Below, in pieces: positions 29,011 to 38,239 of a DNA stretch of 42,341 nucleotides; the stretch's first letter is position 1; the number at the start of each line of letters is the position of its first letter. Source of the stretch: Promethearchaeota archaeon (GTDB lineage Archaea; Asgardarchaeota; Lokiarchaeia; Sigyniarchaeales; SOKP01). Under the pieces are notes generated by a model. It saw nothing but the letters and a program-made list of their open reading frames with translations, had not been told where the DNA came from and searched no databases. The DNA is taken from assembly GCA_048939995.1 (NCBI GenBank), contig JBHLOY010000015.1, positions 1 through 42,341 of the forward strand. The letters run 5' to 3'. The position numbers and the translations under genes are program-made.

Positions 29011-29943
29011 TTATTGGATAATCTGTAAGATTATGTTTTCCATTTGAGGTTTTGCTGATTCAATTTTATCTAAAATTTCTATGGTTTTTTGTAAATTAGT
29101 TTCATCTTCTTCAAGAATGAATAATAGATAAAAATCTAAATTATCAAATTTTAACACCTCTATAATTCCAGTGTAGCGATCACCATTATCAAACTTGTCA
29201 GAGAATTCTAGTAATGACTTATTTTCTGACATAATTCTCTTTTGTACTTCAAGATACTTATCATATATTCTAACTTTTTCTACTAAATGTAAGTGAGGCC
29301 GATAATACTCTCCAATGGTTATTCCTTTAACATCGAATAATGCAATAAGTATTGCATTATAATTTTTACTTAGTTCAGCAAATAATTTTGAAACCAATTC
29401 CAGCTTCTCAAATAATAATGAAAGACCACTTGAGAAAGCATCCATTACTGACTTTATATCAAAAATAGTTGTTTCAAAAAAGAAAATATCAAAATCATGG
29501 CTATATCTAATCAGTGCTTGCTTAATTGGCAACGTCTTTTTATTCAAATTCTTATCTTTTTTAAGTAAGGGATCAAATTTATGAAATAAGACACAGATAG
29601 GAGGATATTCTTGTTCTTCTTTAAAAAAGAGCAGAATTTGATCAAGATAATCAATTGCTTTTACATATCTTTCATAATCTTGAACATCAATTACATAGAA
29701 TATTAAATCCATTCCAGAAAGATATTTATGGGGATAATTTAAGTATTCGTCCCTATATTGAGCTTGTCCTCCAAAATCCATTCTAATAAATTCAATACCT
29801 AAGAATCTAAAAGCATCCCGAACAACTTTGCGAGTTGGCATTAACTTAAAAACTTCATCCTCGAATCCAAATCGCTTCGTTATAGCTTTAATAATACTGG
29901 TTTTACCAGCGTTATCAAGCCCGACATATGCAATCTTCCGGAT
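29011..29943 (-). CDS. Rag/Gtr-like small GTPase with C-terminal roadblock-like domain; ATC start
   Basis: Frame extends upstream of the ORF-track start to (M)RKIAYVGLDNAGKTS (G1). G3 DFGGQ, YVIDVQD, G4 HKFD, G5 ETTIFD. C-terminal ILIALFDVKGITIGEY roadblock-like segment. Confidence 0.85.
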   Translation of the reverse strand: MRKIAYVGLDNAGKTSIIKAITKRFGFEDEVFKLMPTRKVVRDAFRFLGIEFIRMDFGGQAQYRDEYLNYPHKYLSGMDLIFYVIDVQDYERYVKAIDYLDQILLFFKEEQEYPPICVLFHKFDPLLKKDKNLNKKTLPIKQALIRYSHDFDIFFFETTIFDIKSVMDAFSSGLSLLFEKLELVSKLFAELSKNYNAILIALFDVKGITIGEYYRPHLHLVEKVRIYDKYLEVQKRIMSENKSLLEFSDKFDNGDRYTGIIEVLKFDNLDFYLLFILEEDETNLQKTIEILDKIESAKPQMENIILQIIQ

Positions 29944-30070
29944 TCTATAATCACCTTATTAAATCTTACAAATTATTAATTGCACTATATCCTAATAAAT
30001 CCTTACTTTTTTCATTTTAAAAATGAGAATAATACTTAATTCTATAGCAAAGAGTACATATTTAAAAGTC

Positions 30071-30352
30071 TTATCCACCAGAAATAGGGAAGGAGATATA
30101 AAGTTTGTCACCATCTGTTAACTTAGTCTTGTAATTTTTCATATAGGTAATATTTCTGCCATTTAGAAGAACGACCATTAGTGGACTAAGTTTTTTTTTA
30201 TTTTTACTTAAAGTGTTTTCATCTAATTTATCTCTATATTCATCAAGAAATTGAGAAATTACATCCCCAACATTTTTCCCATTATATATTATTGAATTCT
30301 TTTTAATCTTTAAGGCAAAAATATTCAATAAATGTAATTCAACTTCAGCCAT
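30071..30352 (-). CDS. MoaD/ThiS/SAMP-family ubiquitin-like protein
   Basis: 93 aa; VLLNGRNI...TKLTDGDKLYISFPISGG with C-terminal diglycine. Confidence 0.9.
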   Translation of the reverse strand: MAEVELHLLNIFALKIKKNSIIYNGKNVGDVISQFLDEYRDKLDENTLSKNKKKLSPLMVVLLNGRNITYMKNYKTKLTDGDKLYISFPISGG

Positions 30353-30460
30353 AGTCTCTCTTTTAATAATATTTTCAAGAAATACTCATTTTCTATTAAG
30401 TTATTCTATTTCTTATTAAATTTAACTCACTTTTAAGCCTTTTTCTAATAAAAAGTAATC

Positions 30461-31690
30461 TTATTCTAAAATTTTAATTTCTTCTATTTTTTGGATTGCT
30501 TGTTGAATTTTTTCATCCAATTCTAAAGACTCGTACAATTCTTTCAAAATTTTAAGATTAAAGTCTTGTTCCTTTGGCTTTAATTCACAATAATCAAATT
30601 CTTTTAAATTCACTGAAATGCTTTTGATTAAATCATTAAATTCATCCAAATCTAAACCTATAATTGGAGTAAAAATTGGAAAATTTGAAAAGAGGTAGTT
30701 TAATGCTATTGAATTTAATTCAACTTGATCTGGGCAGAAGGTTGAATTGTTTAAGCTTATACCCTCCGTAATAGCTCTAACTTTTATATCCGAACTTATA
30801 TACAGACTTTCTATTATTCTTGATAAAATATCAAACCTGATCAACGAACAAATTCCACAAATATACTTTTTGTTGTCGATTTTTTTGATTACAAATTTTA
30901 AAATTTCTAATAAATTAACTCTTTTTAATATAAATTGATAAAAGGGAATGAATTTTGTCAGCTCTTTCCAATTTGATAACCAAATATTAAATAGTTCAGG
31001 TTTTTCAGTCATTTGAAATAAAATAGGGTAAATCATACTTCCTCTTTTCATTAAAAGAAATCCAGAGACTAAATCATTTAACCTTCCAATATCAATTACT
31101 ATAATTTTTTTCTGAGTTTCAATTGGTAAACCCCCCCAATTGCTTTTGATAATTTCAGAAAAAATATAAGAAAAATTATCACGAATCTCTATGAAGATAA
31201 CTTTTTTAGGAGAACTCAAATTGACTTTAATATCTAAATTCTTAAAATTATCAAGAATTGTCTTTCCGACTATTTTAGCAACATCCATGGAAGTATAATC
31301 ATGCTTGCCAGATCTCTTAACTCGAATCGCAAATGTGTCTTTTTCTTTTAGAATATAATTTCCCACTTCAATTACTCTTTGAGATATATGTTCTATCCTA
31401 TTCGAGGTTCTTAGAGCAGGACTTACAGAATATACGCCAAAAACGTTATTTAATACTTCTAAGGCTTTAGATATGTCCTCATTCTTGAAGAAAAATAGAA
31501 TACGAGAAGAATCTTTACTCAATTGATATTTGTGAAATGAAATCTTTGCTTTTTTCAACATTTTTTTAATATTATTTATGAGAACTCTTAGCATCCTCAT
31601 CTTAACTTTCTGAGACTTTAACCAGACCTCTCCATAACGTATTAGAATTAAAGTATATTCTGGTAAAATATGAGGTTGTTCTATATTCAT
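30461..31690 (-). CDS. ThiI-like THUMP-domain protein with degenerate PP-loop
   Basis: LIRYGEVWLKS, TFAIRVKRSGKH, VNLSSP, GGLP and LMKRG all match ThiI. SGGxDS is replaced by DIGRLND. Confidence 0.85.
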   Translation of the reverse strand: MNIEQPHILPEYTLILIRYGEVWLKSQKVKMRMLRVLINNIKKMLKKAKISFHKYQLSKDSSRILFFFKNEDISKALEVLNNVFGVYSVSPALRTSNRIEHISQRVIEVGNYILKEKDTFAIRVKRSGKHDYTSMDVAKIVGKTILDNFKNLDIKVNLSSPKKVIFIEIRDNFSYIFSEIIKSNWGGLPIETQKKIIVIDIGRLNDLVSGFLLMKRGSMIYPILFQMTEKPELFNIWLSNWKELTKFIPFYQFILKRVNLLEILKFVIKKIDNKKYICGICSLIRFDILSRIIESLYISSDIKVRAITEGISLNNSTFCPDQVELNSIALNYLFSNFPIFTPIIGLDLDEFNDLIKSISVNLKEFDYCELKPKEQDFNLKILKELYESLELDEKIQQAIQKIEEIKILE

Positions 31691-31715
31691 TATAACAACT
31701 CCTTCTAATTCAAAA

Positions 31716-33311
31716 TTATCTTAAGACAGAAATATAGTAGTTTCCAATAATCTTTATTTCTCCAGATCTTATATTATGTTCTTTTAATATAACTAAACCC
31801 TTCTTATAGATCTCTATTTCAATAAGAACGGGATCAAAATGTTTTGAGCCAATATTTCCACCGTTTGAAACTATTGTATTTTCTATTTTAACATTAAATG
31901 AAATACTTGGTGAACTATTTAAAACCAAATCAATTTGTGAAAGAGCAAACTGAGATAGTACATCTCCTGAATCAATTAATTCAGTCCTCCAAACACTCAA
32001 TGGTGTAGGAATTAAGCTATGAAAACAGCAAACGCCAAAAATCTTCTTATGACTAAGTGATAGAACTTTATCGATAAAATTATTTAATCTTTTTCGTCCA
32101 ATAAAACCAATTGGAGAATCTAAAGTAGTAGAATTAATTCCTTGAAAGTATAATTTTTCATTTTCATATAATGGATTAGCGTCACCAATATATTGATGCC
32201 AGTATTCCCATGCCGGAGGTTTTGCATCCGTATATCCGGGAACGACAAGATATGGGTAATTTAGTTGTCTTAATTTCTCAATAGCCATTTCAAATTCTTC
32301 TTTATAACTATTTTTAGTTAAATTTCCCGCATGAATTACCAAATCAACGTTATCTAATTGATTAATGATTTTAATAGCTAGCTCAAAAAAATCTTTATTT
32401 CCCTGAGTTTCCTCAGAAACCAAGGAGTTAGATATTTGAATAAATCTACAAATTGGACTTTTAAGCTTTTCACGATGTAATGGAACATAATAATTAATAT
32501 CACGGAAGATAACTTTTTTTGAATTTGTATCTAAAACAGGTAAGATCTTAAATTTTACGCGATTCTCTTCGATATCAATAATTGAATACGAAAATAAATC
32601 TCTATATCTCGTTTTGTTACAACAGAATGTTCCTGCATTAAAGATTAACAAATCTTTTTCACTACTACTTACAGTATACAAATTTGAGGTGTGTCGATGA
32701 CCGTTTAAAACTAAATCAGCTTTTGTCTCTAATAACATCTTTAGCATATCTCCTGAATCATCAATAGCTGAACGTTCTTTCCCTGTATTTGGTATAGGAA
32801 TAAGTTGATGATGAAAACAAACTATTTTAAATTTATCTTCTCTCTCTGGTTTCAATAATCTACTTCTAACAGTTTCTCGTACATTATGATGAATTACTCC
32901 TCCAGGTAAATCTGGTTTCGTACTGTCAATTCCAAGTACAAATAGATCGTCATCTTCATATTCATAATGTCTACTACCAATCATTTCCTCAAATAGGAGA
33001 TATCCTACGTTTAATGCATCATGATTTCCAATCAAAATCATCATTGGACTCTTAGAAACAGGGTTGAACTTTTTAAATTGCTCCATCGCATATTCATATT
33101 CTAAAAGGGTACCATTATGAGTAATATCACCTAAATGGAGGAAAAGAGTGACATTTGGAATTTTATTAATTTTTTTAATTCCTTCATTAAAAGCATGAAG
33201 GTTAAAGGCCCCTTCCCAACGAGTAATATGAGTGTCTGAAACAATTACTAGCCTTTTCTTTTTGTTAACTTCTTTTGTAGTATCTATTCCAAGGCTTTTT
33301 TCAGTAATCAT
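31716..33311 (-). CDS. Tandem calcineurin-like metallophosphoesterase; second domain degenerate
   Basis: Domain 1: SDTH, GDIT, GNHD, HH, GHRH. Domain 2 at the equivalent positions: SNSL, GNLT, GYTD, HS, SSPS. Confidence 0.88.
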   Translation of the reverse strand: MITEKSLGIDTTKEVNKKKRLVIVSDTHITRWEGAFNLHAFNEGIKKINKIPNVTLFLHLGDITHNGTLLEYEYAMEQFKKFNPVSKSPMMILIGNHDALNVGYLLFEEMIGSRHYEYEDDDLFVLGIDSTKPDLPGGVIHHNVRETVRSRLLKPEREDKFKIVCFHHQLIPIPNTGKERSAIDDSGDMLKMLLETKADLVLNGHRHTSNLYTVSSSEKDLLIFNAGTFCCNKTRYRDLFSYSIIDIEENRVKFKILPVLDTNSKKVIFRDINYYVPLHREKLKSPICRFIQISNSLVSEETQGNKDFFELAIKIINQLDNVDLVIHAGNLTKNSYKEEFEMAIEKLRQLNYPYLVVPGYTDAKPPAWEYWHQYIGDANPLYENEKLYFQGINSTTLDSPIGFIGRKRLNNFIDKVLSLSHKKIFGVCCFHSLIPTPLSVWRTELIDSGDVLSQFALSQIDLVLNSSPSISFNVKIENTIVSNGGNIGSKHFDPVLIEIEIYKKGLVILKEHNIRSGEIKIIGNYYISVLR

Positions 33312-34057
33312 GTTTCTTTATCTATTTTTATTTTTGCTGGATGTCCAGCATAGATTAAATTTTCCTCTAAAATATCGTTATAATTGGTGAAAGAATGTGC
33401 TGAAAGTTTAGCATTCTTCTTAACTAAAGTGCCGGGTAAGAGAACGCATTTAGCTCCGATAAGCGAATTATCCTCAATTATGATTTTTTTTAACATAAAA
33501 TTATCTTGTTCTATCCCAAAAGTTATAACTGTTGAATTCATACCAATAATCACGTTTTCTCCGATAGAAACAAACTCTGATGATATCCAACAATTATCAC
33601 AGATCGTCTTTTTTCCAATTTTTACTCCAAAAAATCTTAATGTAAACCTATTTTTACACCACGGAAAGGGATTTGTAGCAGTTACATACAGTGGCCACTT
33701 TTTGATGACATTTCTGATATTCCAATAAAGATAATCCTTATCCATTATATCTCTCTTAAATTGTCCTTCTTTTGGTAAGTATATTAAATTCACTACCCTT
33801 AAAATTAAGCTTGAAAACAATATAGCGCTAAATTGGAGTATATATATCAAACCTAAAAAGTTTAGTGGCAAAAGCAAAAAAAATAGGTATAAGGTCAAAC
33901 CTTCTCTCCAAAATAAAATAAGATAATAATATTCATAAATTGAACAAGGAAAAAAACTAGCAATGATTATTAAAATGTATAAAAATAGGTATTTGTTTCG
34001 GATTCTCTCATCAATCGGAGTAGGTGAATCCCCTTTCATACTTGCTGGTTGAAACAT
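33308..34057 (-). CDS. Membrane protein with hexapeptide-repeat (left-handed beta-helix) acyltransferase-like domain
   Basis: Two N-terminal TM segments, PKEG, RFFGVKIGK, hexapeptide repeats, C-terminal AGHPA. ATGA overlap with the next gene. Confidence 0.8.
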   Translation of the reverse strand: MFQPASMKGDSPTPIDERIRNKYLFLYILIIIASFFPCSIYEYYYLILFWREGLTLYLFFLLLPLNFLGLIYILQFSAILFSSLILRVVNLIYLPKEGQFKRDIMDKDYLYWNIRNVIKKWPLYVTATNPFPWCKNRFTLRFFGVKIGKKTICDNCWISSEFVSIGENVIIGMNSTVITFGIEQDNFMLKKIIIEDNSLIGAKCVLLPGTLVKKNAKLSAHSFTNYNDILEENLIYAGHPAKIKIDKET

Positions 34058-34063
34058 TTCTAC

Positions 34064-34894
34064 TTATCCTTCCTCCTCTGATTCTGTTTTTACTTTCTCT
34101 GCTTTCTTTAGTGATTCTTCTACACTTTGAATTGCTAATTTTAAACGCGCAGGGGTTCCAACATGAATTATATCACCTTCCAATTCTTGTCCTATCTGAG
34201 TATAGCTATTTACTCCTAATACAGCTCCTTCATGCATGACAGTCCCTGGAGCAACGATAGTGTGAGGCCCAACGATACATGCTTTTCCTATTTTCACTTT
34301 CTTTATGATTACTTTATCTTGATAAATAAGGTGTGAAAAAATGCAAATATTTAATGAAGTCATGGTAAAGTCTCCAATTTCTACAAAAATAGGGTCAATA
34401 TATCCTTCATACAACACCACATTCTTTCCAACTTTTATTCCAAAAAAACGATAACATATTATGTCCAACCAAGGTAAAGGTAAAGCTCTAGCTAACCAAA
34501 CTGGAAAGTAAGCAGTCCAAAACCTTCTATGCATATACTTCCAGTCTTTACTACCTCTTTCAAAAATACCTTCTTGAGGTGGAGATAACTTATTTATTAT
34601 TCTAAATATTACAGCTGAAAACGATATAATCGTAAATGTGAATAAGTATATATTCCCATATATATTTAAAGGAAGTAGCAACCAATAATACCATTCTGGT
34701 CTAACTGCCACTTGATAAAATTGATCCCCAGTTAGAAGAAAGTAAAGACTATTTATAAACCATAAATTTACTAATACAATAACAATTCCACCGACTAATA
34801 ATTGTAAGACAATAATTAAAGTAAATGCTGTTTTATATACTCCAGAACTTGATAAAAATTCGATGTCAAAACCAGTTTTAGGCTTTTCTACCAT
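34064..34894 (-). CDS. Membrane hexapeptide-repeat acyltransferase-like protein (paralogue)
   Basis: Two TM segments, PQEG, RFFGIKVGK, VGTPA. ATG 34894 follows an AGGTGA Shine-Dalgarno. Confidence 0.8.
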   Translation of the reverse strand: MVEKPKTGFDIEFLSSSGVYKTAFTLIIVLQLLVGGIVIVLVNLWFINSLYFLLTGDQFYQVAVRPEWYYWLLLPLNIYGNIYLFTFTIISFSAVIFRIINKLSPPQEGIFERGSKDWKYMHRRFWTAYFPVWLARALPLPWLDIICYRFFGIKVGKNVVLYEGYIDPIFVEIGDFTMTSLNICIFSHLIYQDKVIIKKVKIGKACIVGPHTIVAPGTVMHEGAVLGVNSYTQIGQELEGDIIHVGTPARLKLAIQSVEESLKKAEKVKTESEEEG

Positions 34895-35115
34895 CAAAGT
34901 CACCTAATTCTAAATAGATCTCTCAAGATATTAATGTTACAATAAGATAAATAATATTTTACTTTACTGTTATATTAAGTTTATAATTTTTCGATTTAGT
35001 ATTATTTAAATATATGATAACTCATAAAACAAATAAATAAAAAACAGATACCTTATATAATACTTAAAATCGAAAAAAATATTTTTAACAAAAAATTAGA
35101 ATTTGGTGAAATAGA

Positions 35116-35961
35116 GTGTCGATTGATTGGGCTAAAGCTGAGGAAAATCCCTCAAAAACCCAGAAAGTTGAGGGACGATTCTTATTGGACCTAAGATCTA
35201 AGGTAAATGATCTTGAAAAGCAATTAAGTGAAACAAAAAATGAGTTAAGCCGTGCTCAAAGCGATCTTAAATCAACTAAAACAGCTCTTGAAAAGACTGT
35301 AAATGATCTTAATTCTGCTAAATCTACATTAGACGCTACAAAATCAGAACTTAATAATGTTAGTTCAATGCTAGAGAAAACAAAAGCAGCCTTGGATGAA
35401 AAGGATCAAAAAATTTCAGATCTTAACACAAAAGTGGGTGAATTATCTAATTTAGAAAGTCTTCCTTCAGAATTAAACTCTGCTAATTCAAAGATTTCAG
35501 AATTAGAACAAAAACTGAGTGAAGCTCAAAATAGCGGAGTTTCAACTCAAGAACAGCTTAATAAACTGACATCTGAAATACAAGGTCTAAATACTAAACT
35601 TAACACACTTCAAGAAGAAAAAAATACCTTAAATGAGCAAATAAAAGAATTTAATGATTTGTTGGTTCAAAAAGATCGTCAAATTCAAGAATTGACCGCA
35701 GGTTTGGAAGAAAAAAGTAAATTAGTTCAAGCTCAAACAGCTCATATAGAGGAAGTAGAAGGCGAACTTCAAGAATTAAAACCACCTGAGATAGGTACGG
35801 GAGGTTTTTCTGCTGAAGAACGCATTACTTGCCCCATGTGCTCGGCGACGGGAACATCGATAAAAACAGTGGAAGATAGGAGCAAAGTCTTAAGCTATGT
35901 CGGACATATTCCTATGTACGCAAAAAAACACGTTTGTAAAAAGTGTGGTTATGAATTTTAG
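35116..35961 (+). CDS. Long coiled-coil protein with C-terminal zinc ribbon
   Basis: About 200 aa of heptad pattern, then CPMC...CKKCGYEF. GGTGA upstream of the GTG start. Confidence 0.8.
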   Translation: MSIDWAKAEENPSKTQKVEGRFLLDLRSKVNDLEKQLSETKNELSRAQSDLKSTKTALEKTVNDLNSAKSTLDATKSELNNVSSMLEKTKAALDEKDQKISDLNTKVGELSNLESLPSELNSANSKISELEQKLSEAQNSGVSTQEQLNKLTSEIQGLNTKLNTLQEEKNTLNEQIKEFNDLLVQKDRQIQELTAGLEEKSKLVQAQTAHIEEVEGELQELKPPEIGTGGFSAEERITCPMCSATGTSIKTVEDRSKVLSYVGHIPMYAKKHVCKKCGYEF

Positions 35962-36108
35962 GCGGTTCTGAAAACTTTTTTATTATTTATTTTTACTTAT
36001 ATTTATTTTTAGCAATTAAATTGAATTTTTTACCTCTCATATTTTTATTATTTCTCACTAATTACCAATTTTTAAAACAATTTAATATGACAATTTATTA
36101 ATACAATT

Positions 36109-37416
36109 ATGAGTAATAAGAAAAAATATATTGGTACCTTACCACAGAAAGAGTTGTTAAAACTATATACTAAATATGTTAACGCTCCAAAGACTCGGTT
36201 TTTTAAAAATGCTGGACTAGGTTTAATACCTGGTGAGCGTCATGGTATAATGCTAAAAACATTAGAAGGAGCAAGACCATCGGATCCACCCTTGGAATTA
36301 TACAATTGTCGTTCTTCAGGAGGGGTTTTTAATCTTGGTCACTGTAATCCAACTATCGTCACCACTCTTAAAGAAGCTTTAGATGCGGGATTAGATTTAG
36401 GTGATCATCAATTACTTTCAGAGCAAAGGGCACTTCTAGGTAAAAAGTTAGCAGAATTGATGCCTGGAGATATAAGTAAAACTACTTTTGGAGTAAGCGG
36501 AGGTGAAGCTATTGATTGTGCTATAAAGTTTTCAAGAGCATATACAAAAAGAAAAGGGTGTATTTCTGTAATCGGCGGATACCATGGTCATACGGGATTC
36601 GCTTTAGCTACTGGAGATCCTAGTTTTAAAGAAAATTTTTTATGGAATTTACCTGGATTTACCCAAATTCCTTTTGGAGATGTGGAAGTAATGAGAAGAG
36701 CAGTGACAAAAGAGACTGCTTGTGTTATTTTAGAAACAATCCCCGCGACAGCAGGAGTTTTGATTGCACCAGAAGGATATTTTTCAGAAGTAAGAGAAAT
36801 ATGCGATGATACCGGTGCTATGATGATTATTGATGAAGTTCAGGCGGGACTTGGAAGAACAGGACATATGTGGGCTATTTATGGGGGACTCTATTCCAAT
36901 GAAAAAGTAGTTCCCGATTTTATGGTTTTAAGTAAAGGTATGAGTGCTGGGATTTACCCTTTATCAACATGCAGCTATAAACCATTTATTGAAAAAGCAG
37001 TATTCAAGGATGACCCATTTATTCACATTTCAACAACAGGAGGGGCTGAATTAGGGTGTGTAGTGGCTTTAAAAATGCTGGAAATTCAATCAGACCCCAA
37101 ATTCTTAAACCATGTTAATAAAATGGGAATAATCTTTGGAGATGGCCTAGCTAAAATCGCTAATGAATATTCTGATTTGATTAAAGAAGTAAGAGGTCGT
37201 GGTTTAATGTGGGGTATTGAATTCTATAAAGAAGAAAGTAGTCTATTAGCGATGATTTCTATTATAAAAGAAGGGGTATTATTGAATTATTGTGGAAATA
37301 AAAAAGACACAATCATCATTATGCCCCCATTAATAGTAACTGAGGATGAGTTAAAAGAGATTTTAGTAAGGATAAATAAAGGAGTTTATAGAATAACAAA
37401 CTTAACATCAAAATAA
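36109..37416 (+). CDS. Class III PLP aminotransferase (acetylornithine/putrescine aminotransferase-like)
   Basis: NLGH, SGGEAID.AIK, YHGHT, IDEVQAGLGRTG, LSKG (PLP Lys) and VRGRGLM. Confidence 0.92.
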   Translation: MSNKKKYIGTLPQKELLKLYTKYVNAPKTRFFKNAGLGLIPGERHGIMLKTLEGARPSDPPLELYNCRSSGGVFNLGHCNPTIVTTLKEALDAGLDLGDHQLLSEQRALLGKKLAELMPGDISKTTFGVSGGEAIDCAIKFSRAYTKRKGCISVIGGYHGHTGFALATGDPSFKENFLWNLPGFTQIPFGDVEVMRRAVTKETACVILETIPATAGVLIAPEGYFSEVREICDDTGAMMIIDEVQAGLGRTGHMWAIYGGLYSNEKVVPDFMVLSKGMSAGIYPLSTCSYKPFIEKAVFKDDPFIHISTTGGAELGCVVALKMLEIQSDPKFLNHVNKMGIIFGDGLAKIANEYSDLIKEVRGRGLMWGIEFYKEESSLLAMISIIKEGVLLNYCGNKKDTIIIMPPLIVTEDELKEILVRINKGVYRITNLTSK

Positions 37417-37494
37417 ATTGAAATAAATTTTTCTTACAAAAGTATAAAAATTTAAATCTTTTGGTACAAATTTTTAAGATAAGGTGTAAATTCT

Positions 37495-37836
37495 ATGGCA
37501 AGAAATCTTTTAAAAAAAAAATATGTCTGGATCTTTCTATCATCTTTAGCTTTAATGATAGTTGGTTTTGTAATAACTAGCATAGCCAATTTTATTCCTC
37601 CAGTTTCGTTTGGTGACCCTGGTTATGATGAATATACGTTTCTAATGCAAATATTTTCAACTTCGGCAACGCTTTTTCAGAATATAGGTATCGTATTATT
37701 TTCTCTATCAATTTTTATTGGAGCTCTTGTTGATGAAACAATTTCACCAGAAGTTAAAAGAGGAATGATTATTGCTTCAGCTTTAGGAATAATTGCTTTG
37801 GTAATCTTTAATAGATTGATTCTTTATTTCATTTAA
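37495..37836 (+). CDS. Small 3-TM membrane protein
   Basis: Three hydrophobic segments; paralogue of the next gene. Confidence 0.8.
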   Translation: MARNLLKKKYVWIFLSSLALMIVGFVITSIANFIPPVSFGDPGYDEYTFLMQIFSTSATLFQNIGIVLFSLSIFIGALVDETISPEVKRGMIIASALGIIALVIFNRLILYFI

Positions 37837-37868
37837 ACAAGGTGAGGGTTATTTTCAGATCTAATTCA

Positions 37869-38225
37869 ATGGAGACTATTCATAAACCTCCTTTAAAGAG
37901 GCATTATGTTAGATTATTTATCTCATCGTTAGCTTTGATGATAATTGGATTTATAGTAACTAGTGTGGCTAATTATATTCCCCCAATCTCATTTGGTGAT
38001 CCTGGTTATGAAGCATATAGCTTTTTAATGGATATCCTATCGTCTTTGGCTATTATGTTTCAAAATATAGGCATAGTGCTATTTTCGTTGTCTTCTTTTA
38101 TGGGCTCATTTGTGGATGAACTATTATCAGTACAGGTTAAGAGAGGAATGCTTATGGCTTCGGTTTTAGGAATCGTAGCTCTGGTAATCTATAACTATGT
38201 ATTTTTTTATCTATTCTTACCTTAA
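37869..38225 (+). CDS. Small 3-TM membrane protein (tandem paralogue)
   Basis: Shares SSLALMI, IPP.SFGDPGY, FQNIGIVLFSLS and VKRGM with the previous gene. ATG 37869 preferred over GTG 37842. Confidence 0.75.
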   Translation: METIHKPPLKRHYVRLFISSLALMIIGFIVTSVANYIPPISFGDPGYEAYSFLMDILSSLAIMFQNIGIVLFSLSSFMGSFVDELLSVQVKRGMLMASVLGIVALVIYNYVFFYLFLP

Positions 38226-38239
38226 TTTTTTTTTCCTTT
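38226..38239 (+). terminator. Oligo-T archaeal terminator-like tract between convergent genes
   Basis: T-run immediately after the stop codon at 38225. Confidence 0.45.
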
